A stretch of DNA of 64,000 nucleotides, taken from the human T2T-CHM13v2.0 reference genome, Homo sapiens. The stretch lies in NCBI RefSeq assembly GCF_009914755.1, contig NC_060931.1, one strand, 5' to 3'. Under the pieces are notes generated by a model that saw nothing but the letters and a program-made list of their open reading frames with translations, was not told the origin of the DNA and did no database searches. Below are positions 1 through 12,900 of this stretch, in pieces. Within the stretch, counting starts at the first letter, position 1; every line of letters begins with the position of its first letter. Both the position numbers and the translations under genes were made by a program.

Positions 1-1875
1 TTAGCCTCATTTTGCTGGTGATGCTCTGCAGGGGGCTTCTTCTAGGGATCATTTCCCATGTTTTGCCTTCCCTCGTCCTGTGCCAGCTTTGGGGGAATTC
101 CCAGTGAGGAGTGCTGCTCAGGCAACCTCTTTCCGCATTTCTACAGCCTCTTAGGGCAGAAAAACTCTTGAATCCACGTGGAAATGGAGACTTTAAAATA
201 TTCGAGACTGCAAAACATTCAAGGAAGAATCTGAACTTGTTCATAAAAGTTTTCTCTATCAGGAAACTTCAACTCAGTATTTAATTCAAGTCTTTTTTTG
301 AGGCCCTACAGGACACATAATGAACCCCTGTTACAGGCAACTTTCTGAGCTCTACTGCTCAGCCTGGAATAAGAAAGGGCCTGCGAGGTTAATTTAGATT
401 TGGCTTCACTTAACAAGATTATGACTTGTTGAACCAATCCCTTTAAGGTTTGCCAAAAAAAAAAAAAAAAAAAGGAAGAGGAGAAGAGGCAGAAAAGTAT
501 TTATCATATTGGCAATATGCTCAAGCAACGCCTTCCTTTTCCCTGCAGTGACCCGGAGTTTGTCTCAGATACAGTAGTTGCCTCATGCTCTCCAGGGTGA
601 TGCTATGACGGATCATCCTTCTGGGCTTCCTGTTGGAAGTAAAAAGTGGACAGTAACATATCTCCTGTCATGGAGGTTGACACGTGATCTGAGGGGGTTT
701 AAGCCAATTGGGAATGCTCTTTGAAATGAGCAGTAAAATTAATGAAGACTATTTGAGAAGGCTACAGGGAAGGGTAGAACCTGAAGAATCTTGGGCTCCA
801 TTGTACTCGAGAAACATCTTCTCATGAAAGTGGCATCGTTTTGCACATAGCCAAGTTAATCTCCTTCATGTTGTAGGCCTTCAAATTTTCCCAAGTCACA
901 CAGAAGAAACAATGGCTTAGTGATAGATAACTTGTTGACCCTGCTCATAGCAGGATCCACTGCTGTCACAGTGTGTCCTCTAAGGCTAGTCGTCATACAT
1001 CTTGGGGAACCCAGACTCTTCAGGTAAGAAATGTTCTTATTGTAACCCTGGACTGTGAAAGAAAGAGGTCTGATGGCACTAGGGTGACAAAGATTTAGCT
1101 TACTCAGTGTGGGAAATAAATCTAGTCTCATAAGGTTGTGTGCCTTTGTGTGTTTTCTTGCTGAAAGAGGAGAACCACTGCCACCGTGGCTGAGGGATGT
1201 TAGTCATAGAATCAGCTCCTCTGAGCTATCTGTCCTTCCCCCATGCTTGTCCTGTTCTCTGTCTCTCTCCATGTTTCTGTCTTTGCTGTCCTGAGTACAT
1301 TCCTCCCAACTTCCAATATCCTTTGCCAAATGTTTAAATCATCTTCAAATCTTCTGAGGAGGGCCTAAATGTATGAACTCCAACTCCTATTATAGAAATT
1401 TGACATAGAGATTGGATAAAGAGAAAGTACAGGAGTTTCCAGAGAATACTGGACTATGCCTCCTCCTGTAACACTTTCATAGGAATTGTGTGGCTATCAT
1501 ACAAAACATTTGAAGTGTTCCAAGTTGTGTTTAGAATCCATTTGTGATCACTTGGGTTTAGTTAGTGTTTTGGCCCATTTTATTAAGAGGGAAGTTTCTT
1601 TTATATGTCTTTATTCACTTAATGAAGCAGACCACTGAGAATTTAAGATGTAAAAGAATATGTTGGTAGACTTTGTCTTCTGTTAAAGTATGCCAAAGTT
1701 GAAAAAAAACAGCCTCCCTTGATTCCAATGGTTATTTTTCAAGAAGAACCATCTTACTACCATAGCTTAATGGAAATTGGATGGAAATCCTAGTCTGAAT
1801 AAGTTAAAAATCTGATGAGTATTTTACTTTCTTTATTTTTAATGGGTTTTTATTTTTTCAGTTAAATTAATATGT

Positions 1876-2244
<369 letters not shown>

Positions 2245-4874
2245 TCATAGGTATCCTGTTCCTCATAGGTGACCAATTCCAATGCTTTTAGCTGTTTCTT
2301 CTGATGTCTTTCTCCATATCACTCAATTCTATGCATGTACTGCTCTTTCTTGATGTATCAGTTTAGATATGATCTATAGACTTCCTATAGTGGTAGAGAT
2401 GGATTATTTTAGCTCTTTTGCATTTTATTCTCCTGACTAACCTCATTATCTTGCTATGTCACATTCTGATACTAATGCTAATAATAATACAAATCCTGAA
2501 TATGCAAATATGTATCAAAATCCCAGGCTCTGCCCTCAGATTCTGATACAGTAAGTACAAGGTGAATTCATTTTATGCAATGAACTTGTTTTTAGGGAGT
2601 GACTTGGATAATTCTGATGCAGGTGCCCAAAGAAAGAAAGTTTCTCAAATAGGAGAAACTTGGGCTTAGAGTTTTGCTCTTGATTCTTTGCTAGGTGTCA
2701 GGTAATACAGTTTTCAGAATTGTCAAGGATATAAAGCTGTAGTAACTTGTAAGCAATGATTCAGGTGTTCTATTTTAATGAATAAATAAAAGGAATCTGT
2801 AGACTTCACGCAAATTGTTTGTATGTAGTCATGTAATTGCTGTTTATAAACAAGCTTGAAAGTGGTTTGTTCTTCCTTAAAGACAGCAAACATGGTCCTT
2901 CCAAGACAGTTTGCCATAAACTTTAACTTGACCTTTTAATCAAATGACTTATAATATTTTAAATGATATCTGAATTGCTTCCTTTGATTTTTAAATATAC
3001 ATTTTCATTTGCCTGAGAGGCTGTGGGGAAGGAAGTAGAGGGTAGGTTCTGCAAGTTGAAGTTCAATCAAGCACAGGGTCAGGCACATAGGAGAAAGACC
3101 TCCACAGCCCAGCTTCAGGCGAATGGTGGGTGTCTGGGGCCTGAGATGATATAGGGGATCCCAGGAGGGCTGAGCCTTCTTTTAGGAGCCGAGAGTGCAT
3201 GGTATTCACACATCCAGCAAGGCAAGTGTCAGATCCTCTTTAGGAAGTTCTAGCTGCAAGAAGGAGGATCTACCCTTTAGTCTGTGATTTAGGGGCAAAG
3301 AGAGCAGTGGTTGTAGGTCTCGGATGCTAGGCAATTAAGTATTCAATGACTAAAGGAGTGACTGAGGCAGAAATCCAGCCTGAAAGCATGAGCCAGTGTG
3401 GGTGAGAAGAGATCGGGAGACTCAATTAGCACTTAGTACTCATTGCAGGTCTCAGGCATGTTTGCTTATGAACCAGATTTGTGGAATAGCAGGGGAGCCT
3501 GGAGTGTGTTCTTGTGCTGCATTCCTAAAAGGACAAGCGCTGGATATAGAGCCCCAGGATATTTTTAAACTGCCTGTTCGTTTTTTGCATTTATTCAGAA
3601 GCTGGAACAGGTCTATCAGTTGACTTGTCCAGCTTCAGCTCCAGGGAGTGTGTGAGGGCAGGGTCAGGGTAATGAGTTGGTCTGGAAGCCGATACCTGTG
3701 GTCAGGAGCTGTCAGGATGAAGGCTGAAGAACTCTTTTGGAGTTTCAGGCACAATTCTGGACTCCCTACTTTGGGTTCAACGTTAGAATAGTCCTTTGTG
3801 GCCTGGCATGGTAAAAAGGATAATTCGGGATCCAGTCCCTCTGGTGAGCTGGGATGATGGTAATGGGGTTGAGACTGGGTGATCCTCTTTCTTTAGCCCT
3901 GATTAGTCTGGAAGCTAGGTTTAGGTTGTGGCTCTGGGGATCTGGATTTGGATCAGTGGTGGGGAACAGGATTAGGGACAGTCAGGGGGATGAGGCAAAA
4001 GGATGATTTTATTGGACAGCAGAGACATTCAACTATCATCATTGTCATGCATCACAGGTTTTCCATTGGATTATTTCCTCTTCGTGGATCAACTTAATGC
4101 AAAGATTAAATAGGTTTTGCAATGAGGGGAATATTTAAACTTCTCATGCAGTTTTCTTCAGATCAGACCTCTAAGCAAGCAGCTGAAAAGCCATGTTGTT
4201 GACTTCAGCACACCAGGTCTGATTCTTTTAGTTCCTGGGTTACTTAAAACAATGACCATCTTCTGAGGATGCTCTGCTTAAAGCATACTGGGGAAGGAAT
4301 AGCGGGCTTCTCAGGGCCATCAGATTGATTACAAGAATTCAGAGTTACTAAAATGAAAATGGCCACTGTGTTTATTTATACAAGTGCTTTGTTGGTCTTC
4401 TAAGTTGAAGTTGATGACAGATGTGTTTTTAGAGAAAAAGTGCAAACTCCAGAGACATAAGCATCTGTTCTTTCTCAGCCTTGCCTCTTAGGCTCATACT
4501 TCATTTTTTACCCACACAACAGGCTTTATTTCTATCTACTGAATACCTGAAAATATGGGTGTAAATGACTATTATGGATTCTTGACAGTTTTACTGGAAC
4601 AAAACTCATGTTTTCTGGCTTTGATGGCCCATATTTGGCTGGCTCCGTGGGTGGCTATTGACTTCCTCTTCCTTGCTTTGTAGCCTATATGGCATCGCAG
4701 TCTGCAAAGTGAGCTTGCTGATGTAAGTGGTGATGTATGGTGTTTCCCTGGGACCGTAGAGTTCATTTGCATGACCCAAATGTGCTGCTAAACTTTGGTC
4801 TGCTTATCATGGTTATGAGAATTACTGCATGAGGTAGATTTCAAGAATGTAAAAGTCAAAGCATTTATATAAGT

Positions 4875-6238
4875 CAGCAGTTCTCAAAGTGTGGTCAGTG
4901 GACCCTTGGGAGTCCCCAAGACAGTTCCAGGGGGTTCACAAGGTAAAAACTATTTTTATTATAACACAAAGACACTATTTGCCTTTTTGACTATGTTCAC
5001 ATTTGCTCCGATGGTGAGTAAAAGTGCTGGAGTCAGCACAGAGCAAGACAATGACATGAGGTGTACTAGTTGTCATTTGTTATTCACCACTGTGTACTTT
5101 CAGTAGCAAAGAGAAAGAAAAATGCCATTTTTCACTTAAAAATCTCCTAGATGAAACTAAAAATTATTAGTGTTTATTAAATGTTACTCTTGAATATACC
5201 CCATTTAAACATGAGAAGTATGCAAAAAAAATTGATTGCATATTGAAATTCAGTGAATATCTAGAGGAAAAACACTTATGTGTTTATTTGAGTTGTGAAC
5301 TGACCCAACCGCTATTTTCATGGAATTCCATTTTTACTTGAAAGCATGATTTGACAGACAAATTATGGTTATTAAGAATTGAGTACTTGGCAGACATTTT
5401 CTCAAAAATTTTTTAAAAAATGAGCATGTCATTTCAAGGAAAACAAGTGGCAGTATTTGTTGCCAGTGATAACATTTGAGCTTTCAAGTGAAAATTCAAA
5501 TTTTGAAAAATTTTTATCTCTCTTTGTGAGCTTGACAGCTCTGTAATACTCATATAATTATCTGAAGAGATGCTATTAAAAATGATTTATTTTTGATATT
5601 TTATAATGAAGTATACCAATATTTGGAAGATCTGCCCAAATCAATATATTCCACATGACTGATGCATGCTGTTACAAAAAATAATGCATGGGTAGAATAT
5701 CCACTCAAAGTACAAGATAGAGCAATACATTTTAATATAGCAGAGAATGGTTCATTGATATGGTTTTATATTGGTATAATATCAAAGAAGAGTACCCACA
5801 ATTATACAAAATTGCTATTAAAACCCTCCTCTATTTTAAAACTACATTTCTGTGTTTAGGTTGGGTTTTCTTTTGATGCCACACCCAAAACAACATATTG
5901 CAATAAACTGAATGAAACAAATAGGAAAATCCAATGTCTTTTATTAAGTGAGACATTAAAGAAATTTGCAAAAATTTAAAACCATTCCATACTTCTCACT
6001 AATTTTTTTTGTTTTGGAAAATACAGTTATTTTTCATTAAATTGGTTATTTATGTTAGCATGAAATGGGTTTTTGTTATTTAAAAGGAACACTTAAAAAT
6101 TTCTCAGTTTTATTTCTAATGTAGTAAACATCAATCTGTAGATAAGATATAACTCAAGTCAACCAAAACTCTTTGGTAGGTTCAATAATTTTTAAGAGAG
6201 TAAAGGGATCCTGAGATTAGAAAGTTTGAAAACCACTA
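4875..6238 (+). mobile_element. hAT-Charlie DNA transposon fossil (Charlie1a-like) with decayed transposase remnants
   Basis: Termini cagcagttctcaaagt...aaagtttgaaaaccacta. Degenerate 8-bp TSD atataagt/gtctaagc. Remnant peptides LHIEIQ*ISRGK (5236), YLADIFSK (5384) and IAIKTLLYFKTTFLC (5811). Confidence 0.85.
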
Positions 6239-6319
6239 GTCTAAGCTATACTTTTCATATGTGATGGCATCAACTAAGAATTCATATCTAGTTTACATAC
6301 AGTCCAAATCATTTTTTCT

Positions 6320-6352
<33 letters not shown>

Positions 6353-8030
6353 TAGCATTACCATTGTCCTTTGGTTTCTTCGTATTTGTCCAGAAATGTC
6401 CGTAAGATGTCTTTGCTGGTCCTCAATCTTGATGCTTCCAGATATGCACATTGTGTACCTAGGAGGAGGCACTAACCGTGGGTTCTACTCACCTGAAGCA
6501 GAATAGAGGAGCCTGTGTAGAGTAAACACAAATTGCCAGTGTCTTTTCTATCTGGCCAACTCCTCCATGTGGAGAGATGGACAGCTAAGCTGAAGACATG
6601 GCAATTAGTATATTGCCATGAATGATTTAGGCTGAACGATTCTACATGAAGCCTTTCTTATCTAAAGACAGAATTAGAATTTGGAAAAGTGATTATGAGT
6701 TTATGATGAAGAATATTGTCATCATGGAATATTAAATGGACAATAAAATGTTAATTATGAAAAATGAAAAGTACATGCTGAGATTTCAAGTAGGGAAGGT
6801 AGAATACTCAATGGTATTGCAGTCTGTCAACAAAAACTTGTGACTGTTTCTTAGAAAGAAACATTGTGCTAGACACTGGGATATGGTGGTGAGCAATTGA
6901 CACAGTCTTTGACTATAGATATAAAATTGTTTGTGCATGTTGTGCCAAATTTGAAGATCAAAAGTGAGAATGAAAATAGATGATTGGGAAAGCTGGTTCA
7001 AACCTCTCATATTTTTTCAAATTAATGTGTTTTGTTGATATTATTTTAATTTCAGCGTTGGGGGACCAGGCTAGAGATGGGAGTGAAATTCATGCAATTC
7101 AGCAATCTCCACCCCTGCCTCATCAGAAGAGCATGGCCCACATGGAGGAGAGGCAAAAGGAAGGGAGCTAGCTCTTGCTGCTCCCAGCTTGTTGTCCTTG
7201 TCTAATCCCAAAGCTCCTGCTTTACTGTTTTCCTTGTTTACTCAGCTCCTTGACCCAAACCAACCCAGTCTCAGCCTCACTTGTGGCCCTATGAGGTCCC
7301 TGCTAAAGAGACCTACATGGGGTAAACAAGCTTTTTCTTTGGATCTTTATTTCTGCCATTGCCACCTACTGAGGATTCTATAAGGGATCTATTTGTTTCA
7401 AATGTATCACTTTTTTAAGGCCTCCCAGAGCAGGACTAAGGGGCAAAGTTTGCTAGGCTGAAAAAGACAGGAGAAAGACCTGGCTGAAATATTCCTCAGG
7501 ATAGCCTACAAATACCCCTTTTAAAGGCATGGAAACCACATGTCCCACATAATATTCCTGGGGAATTTGTAGCCAGCTATGTTTTCAGAGGATGTGGGAG
7601 GTAGAGTTTTTATACTATGGTTATTTATAAATATTCCAGAAATGCCAGACATTGGTAGGGTGACCTGGTTTATAGAATTGGAAAAGGGTCATGTTGAAAC
7701 CTAGAATTCTTTTCTTTTTTCTATAGTTAAATGAATAAAAGTTCCAAAAATTCAATTCAATTCTGAGCAGGAATCTTGATGTAGCTTGTATTAACAAGAG
7801 TGGTTTTTGGAATTCATAAAAATATAATCTTAAATGGAATTTGAAGACCATATTATTTGATATCATATATATATAGGTGGGAAGACAAAGGTTTTGGGGC
7901 ATACGATCGATTACTCAATATATAGACTTGTTTAACTAATAATTGTCAGCAAGAAATTTGCCTCAAGGAGGAAGAAACATACAGCTATAGAACCTTAGGA
8001 AAGACCTATAGTAGTAAAATTGAAGTTGAT

Positions 8031-8316
8031 CAGCATTTTCCAAATTGTGTTTCCCTTTATATCACACCAGAATATGTTCAAGTGCCATGGCAAAAGGGTT
8101 CTATGGTCAAATAAGTTTGAGAAACACCATATCCTGTATTTCCCCAATGGAATATCCATATTTGTTAAAAGATTTTAAAAAGCCGTCAATGAAGGAACCT
8201 ATTTAACTTTGTTTAACCCAACATTACTCATTTCTTTGTAGAAGTCTTGTGTCATGGAACCACCGTTAACATCTTATGAAACAGGGTTCTCTGAAGTACT
8301 AGTTTAGAAGATGCTG
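8031..8316 (-). mobile_element. Non-autonomous hAT-Charlie element (Charlie18a-like; subfamily uncertain)
   Basis: TIRs cagcattttccaaat / gtttagaagatgctg. Internal taactttgtttaaccca is the reverse complement of the copy at 48444. Confidence 0.65.
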
Positions 8317-8344
8317 CAGGAGATTATTGATAGAAATTACATTG

Positions 8345-8619
8345 ATTTTTTTTTTTTCGAGATGGGGTCTTCTCTGTTGCCCCAGCTGGAGTGCAGTGGT
8401 GCAATCATAGCTCACTAAATAACCTGGACTCCTGAGCTCAAGTGATCCTCCCACCTGAGGCTACAGGCACTGCCACCATGCTTGTCTAATTTTTTATTTG
8501 TTGTAGAGACAGGGTCTCGCTATGTTGCCCAGCTGGTATCAAACTCCTGGTCTCAAATGATCCTTCTACCTTGGCCTCCCAAAGTGCTGGGATTACAGGC
8601 CTGAGACACTGTGCCTCCC
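8345..8619 (-). mobile_element. AluJ-like, antisense, with small internal deletion
   Basis: T-tract, then gagatggggtct...gcaatcatagctcact...ctcaagtgatcctccc...caaagtgctgggattacagg. TSD tacattgattttttt at 8338 and 8622. Confidence 0.93.
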
Positions 8620-9409
8620 TATACATTGATTTTTTTGATGGAAAGATTTGGCTAATCTGAGCTACTTGTGTCTCTGAGGAAGACTGAGGTGAATGTTGGC
8701 AGGTGTCAAGGAATTCTCATTGTCTTTCACGTTAGGTCAAGTCCTTCATGTGGACAAAAGGACAGCCAGGCTGGGAATACGACAATTAGCTGGAAGAATT
8801 CTGTGTGCAAAAGTCACAGTTATCTATTTCATCCTTCCTTCTAGACCTCAGATGGATTGTGGTTACTGCATCCATCAGTGCTGTTTTTTTTCTTTCAGAA
8901 AAGACATTTTAAAAATGGTAATAGTGGCCTACTATAACTGCGGGGTTGCCTCACACGTTAATAGGGAACACCAATCTGTTTGTGTCATTGGTAAAGGATG
9001 TGTGTCAGCATGTGCTGTTTTTCACAGTGAGATGAAATGATTATCCCCCAGCCTCCAAACAAACCCCTCCTTAGGAAAACAAAGACTTGCAAGATTATTT
9101 TATAAAATCTGTGTTGAACTTATATAAATATATTGTGACAGCAGCTGTCATACTGCATATATCAAGAAAGTGCTTTGAAACTTTATGCAAATACATGGGT
9201 GATGTATACACTACTGTACACCCCAAAGACTACCCATGTGTTCTTGGTGCCAAGGAAAACACAAATGTTCTCCTAACTTTTCAGAGGAAAAGTCACCACA
9301 GCTCTGTACCTTTCATAGCCCCGTTCTCTTGGCCAGTGAAATATACTTTGACTGGCTAAACCCAAGGACAGTGAGGTGGGGAAGAGGGTGCCAGAGGTTC
9401 ATTTTTAAT

Positions 9410-9560
9410 TGATAACACTTATAGAGCAAGCACTGTGCTGGGCACTTTAAGCACATTGTTGCATATAATTTTCACAACAGCTTTGCGAGGAAAATAGCAT
9501 TGTTTAGAGATAAAATAACCAAGACTCCAATTAAATAAACTCCCCAAGGTAACTCATTTA
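9410..9560 (-). mobile_element. MIR fragment
   Basis: cactgtgctgggcacttta...tttcacaacagc...ttaaataaactccccaaggt resembles the antisense MIR core. Confidence 0.55.
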
Positions 9561-9599
9561 TTATTTTATGGAGCTGCATGGCATTTAAAATTAATTTGA

Positions 9600-9601
<2 letters not shown>

Positions 9602-9660
<59 letters not shown>

Positions 9661-9711
9661 TATATATACACACACACATATATATAAATATATCTTATAT
9701 ATAAATATATA

Positions 9712-9741
<30 letters not shown>
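9602..9741. repeat. Compound (TA)n/(CA)n/(TG)n microsatellite
   Basis: About (TA)20(CA)9, then (TA)4(CA)5, an AT-rich spacer, and (TG)7(TA)n. Confidence 0.97.
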
Positions 9742-9742
<1 letters not shown>

Positions 9743-9744
9743 AA

Positions 9745-9980
9745 TAGTTAACATTTATTGAGCATTTACTATGTGCCAGATACTGAATTAAAAGCTTTAC
9801 CTCAGTTGTTCTGTTCTTTTCATGAACTCTATGAGACTGAATACTATTGTTCTTCCCAATTTACAAATGAAAAAATTGAAGCTTAGGAGAAGTTAATTAA
9901 CTTTGGTGCAATACAGCAAGGAATAGAACTGGGAATCTGAAGGAGCTCTTAACCCCATGAGTTTGTTCCCTTAACCATAT
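9745..9980 (-). mobile_element. MIR
   Basis: aacatttattgagcatttactatgtgccag...tttacaaatgaaaaaattgaagcttag. Confidence 0.8.
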
Positions 9981-12900
9981 GTACTTCCAGCTTTCCTCCT
10001 TGATTTAGAATCTGGAACGATTTCCTGGTTTGTATTGAGTTTAAGCCATAGATCTTCTCGTGTCATCAGGAAGTAGGGTTTCCATAACATTTTAAAGTCA
10101 TTATTTTTCCTCAAAGTTTTGATTCATCACCCATTATCTGGAGTATGGTATAAGTTCCGCATGCATGGATATTGTTATTTCTACAAATCGAATGATAGAG
10201 AAGATTTGGAGTCTTCAAGAGTATTTTGATGCAGACACCTCACATATTAAGTATTGGATGAAAGAAATGTCCTCTTTACACAGATTCGTAGCTTTTTGCT
10301 TATACTATTGGGCTACATGGGTAACTGTGTACCCTTTGGAGTTCGGAATGTTTGAGAAGAGAATCCTTTAATATTTTTACCATGAACAATTTTGTTTCAA
10401 ACACTGCTCCTTTCATTCTCAAGTTTTAAGAATGCTTCTGCTTTTTAAAGTAAAATTCATCAGACCCTCCAAGAAATATTAATGTTGAACACTTTGCTCT
10501 AGTGGTTTCCCGTTTCCCTACCATGGCATGTTTTATTAGTGTTGGAGTGAGAACAACCATTTTCCAGCAGGACTGATTCTAGAGAGTGGGCCACTTTTCA
10601 TTTCACAGTTAGAGGCTGAGAGGATTTGAGAAAGAGGGAACAAGAATTAATCCTCAAGGCTGCAACAGGCCAAACCAGGTCAAAGGCTCAGTAGATCATA
10701 CTTTTTGTCCTAGACCACTGGAAACACTTTCCTAAAACAAAAACACTAAATGGTCATTGTATATGGAAGTCCACACAATGCATTTTAGGCAAAGTATATA
10801 ATATAAATGGGAGCTATTTTCTACCTCAAGAATTTTTGGAAGGAGGATGGAGACCTTTTGTCTTAGAGTTTCATTCACAGAGTCCATAAACACTTATCAG
10901 GTAGCTACTTATAACAAAAAACATTTAATGTACCATCTAAATATTAAGAGAAATACCTCACTGAAAGGACAATATCTATAATTCACAGACTTGGGAATGT
11001 GCAGGACATTCTTCACATCAAAAATATGTTCAGCCACTCGGAGCTAGCAATGTTCTGATCATGAGTTGATTATGCACATTGAGTTATTTGTTTATATCAG
11101 TTCTCTGAACTTGGCAACCACATGTAGTACCAATGGATGAGGCTCTTTATAAACAATATAGACCACCTTAAGAAGTGATTTTCTGGATTTCCTGGTTAAA
11201 AAAAAAGCTAAGTGTTCAGCCTTCAGTATGTAAGCTTTCACTTAATCTGCCTGTTTTTAAGACACTACCATCAACTTTAAGTTAGGCTGGTAGAATAAAA
11301 TGATGATCTTTCTGAACTTCTATGTCCCTTAATTCTGGACATTTGCCCCAAGAATATTCCCCTTCAATACTGGTCTTTGAAGAGAGCCCTGGGCATTTTC
11401 TGAGGGACTTGCCCTTGGGCATTGACCACAGAAGCCTTGACATCTCTTTTAAGTAGATTGGGCATTCCTGGATTTCTAGTCAAAGGTGGCCCTCCACTTG
11501 TCTTCCGTTATCTTCACAGGATTGTCTGTGGTTTTTAGTGCAATATTTAGGGTACTTCTGGTAAGCCCTTAAACTTCTATCCTTCTAGTTATGGTCTTAA
11601 AAAGAAAAAGTCCTGAACTGCTGTCGTTTTCTGTATCATTATCTGAAATAAGGTACTAACTAAGAATGTTCAGGTAGAATTTTCTTCTATTTAACTGGTT
11701 TAGACTTGTGTTTCTCCATCCTTCTTGAGAAAGACCTTTGGAGTTAAGCATGTTGTCACAGTTACGGAGCTGTGGTCCACTCAGACCTCACCCATGATCA
11801 TAAGCTTTCCATCCAGCCATGGCCTCACTGAGGTGCTACTCCCTTCTGGCGTCTCAGCATGTTCTGGCCAAGATTACAAGACAATGCTTCTGAACCTGGC
11901 CTAATATTATTCCAGGAGAACTTCAATTTAATATAACTTATTGGCCAAACACTTCTTCTTTCTGCTTGGCCAATACATGAATCAATTTGTCAGAGAATAT
12001 GCCTTGTGGATTTGTGCTATACTGCCAAATGCTGAGCATTGCTGACATAGATCATCTTTCAGTAGGAAGATGGAGAGCCTTCCTAGAAAGTCGGAGTTCA
12101 TGATAGAGGAAATACCACTTTCCTGAGCCGGAAAAGATTCCCTCTTCTGCCATGTCTGTCTGCTGTTGTGCCCTCTGTTTGATGTTGCCACCATTTTTCC
12201 AAGCACTTTGGTTCTCAGCCTGGCACAGCCACTACTTCCACCATCTTTGCACATTTCAGCTAGTGTCCTGGAGGCCTCAGATGACAAAGCAGTATGGAAG
12301 TCTCCACTGAAGTGGCAAGGGCCAATATCACTTTCCTTTTTCTGTGTTCTACTCAATTATAGGACACCTAAATCAGTAGGGCCTATACTTGAATCTCACA
12401 AAGATTTTAGTTAAACAATTCTTTTGTGCTTTTACTTTCAGTATTCTTTCTCCTCTAGGAGAATACAGGCATCTGTGGTACTGAACTTGGGATGATGTGA
12501 GTGACAGATGCCAAGTTATGTTGGTGATAGCATGTTCCTTCTGTCAGGCTCAGTCAGTAGGTGATTCTCTTGTTGTTCATCTCTTCCTCCCTCAGGGTGG
12601 ATTTTCTCTCAGGAGAAGCCGATGAGTGAACCTCTCCCTTTCACTGGACCTGCCCAGACATGTCAGAACACTAGCTTTGGCTCATGCTGGGACCCCCCAC
12701 CACAGCTGGTGCCAACAGACTGTACACTTGTTTTTCTTTGATCATATATGGCCTAGATTAGGATAGTCCCAAGAGCTTGCCAAGATTGGGTTGCAGCCTG
12801 TCTCAAAACACAAACTTAAAATTGTTTGACAAGACCAATACCCAGGAGCATCATGAGTTTGAATGAATAGTGCCGGAAACCTCTAGTCTCTCTGCGCAGT

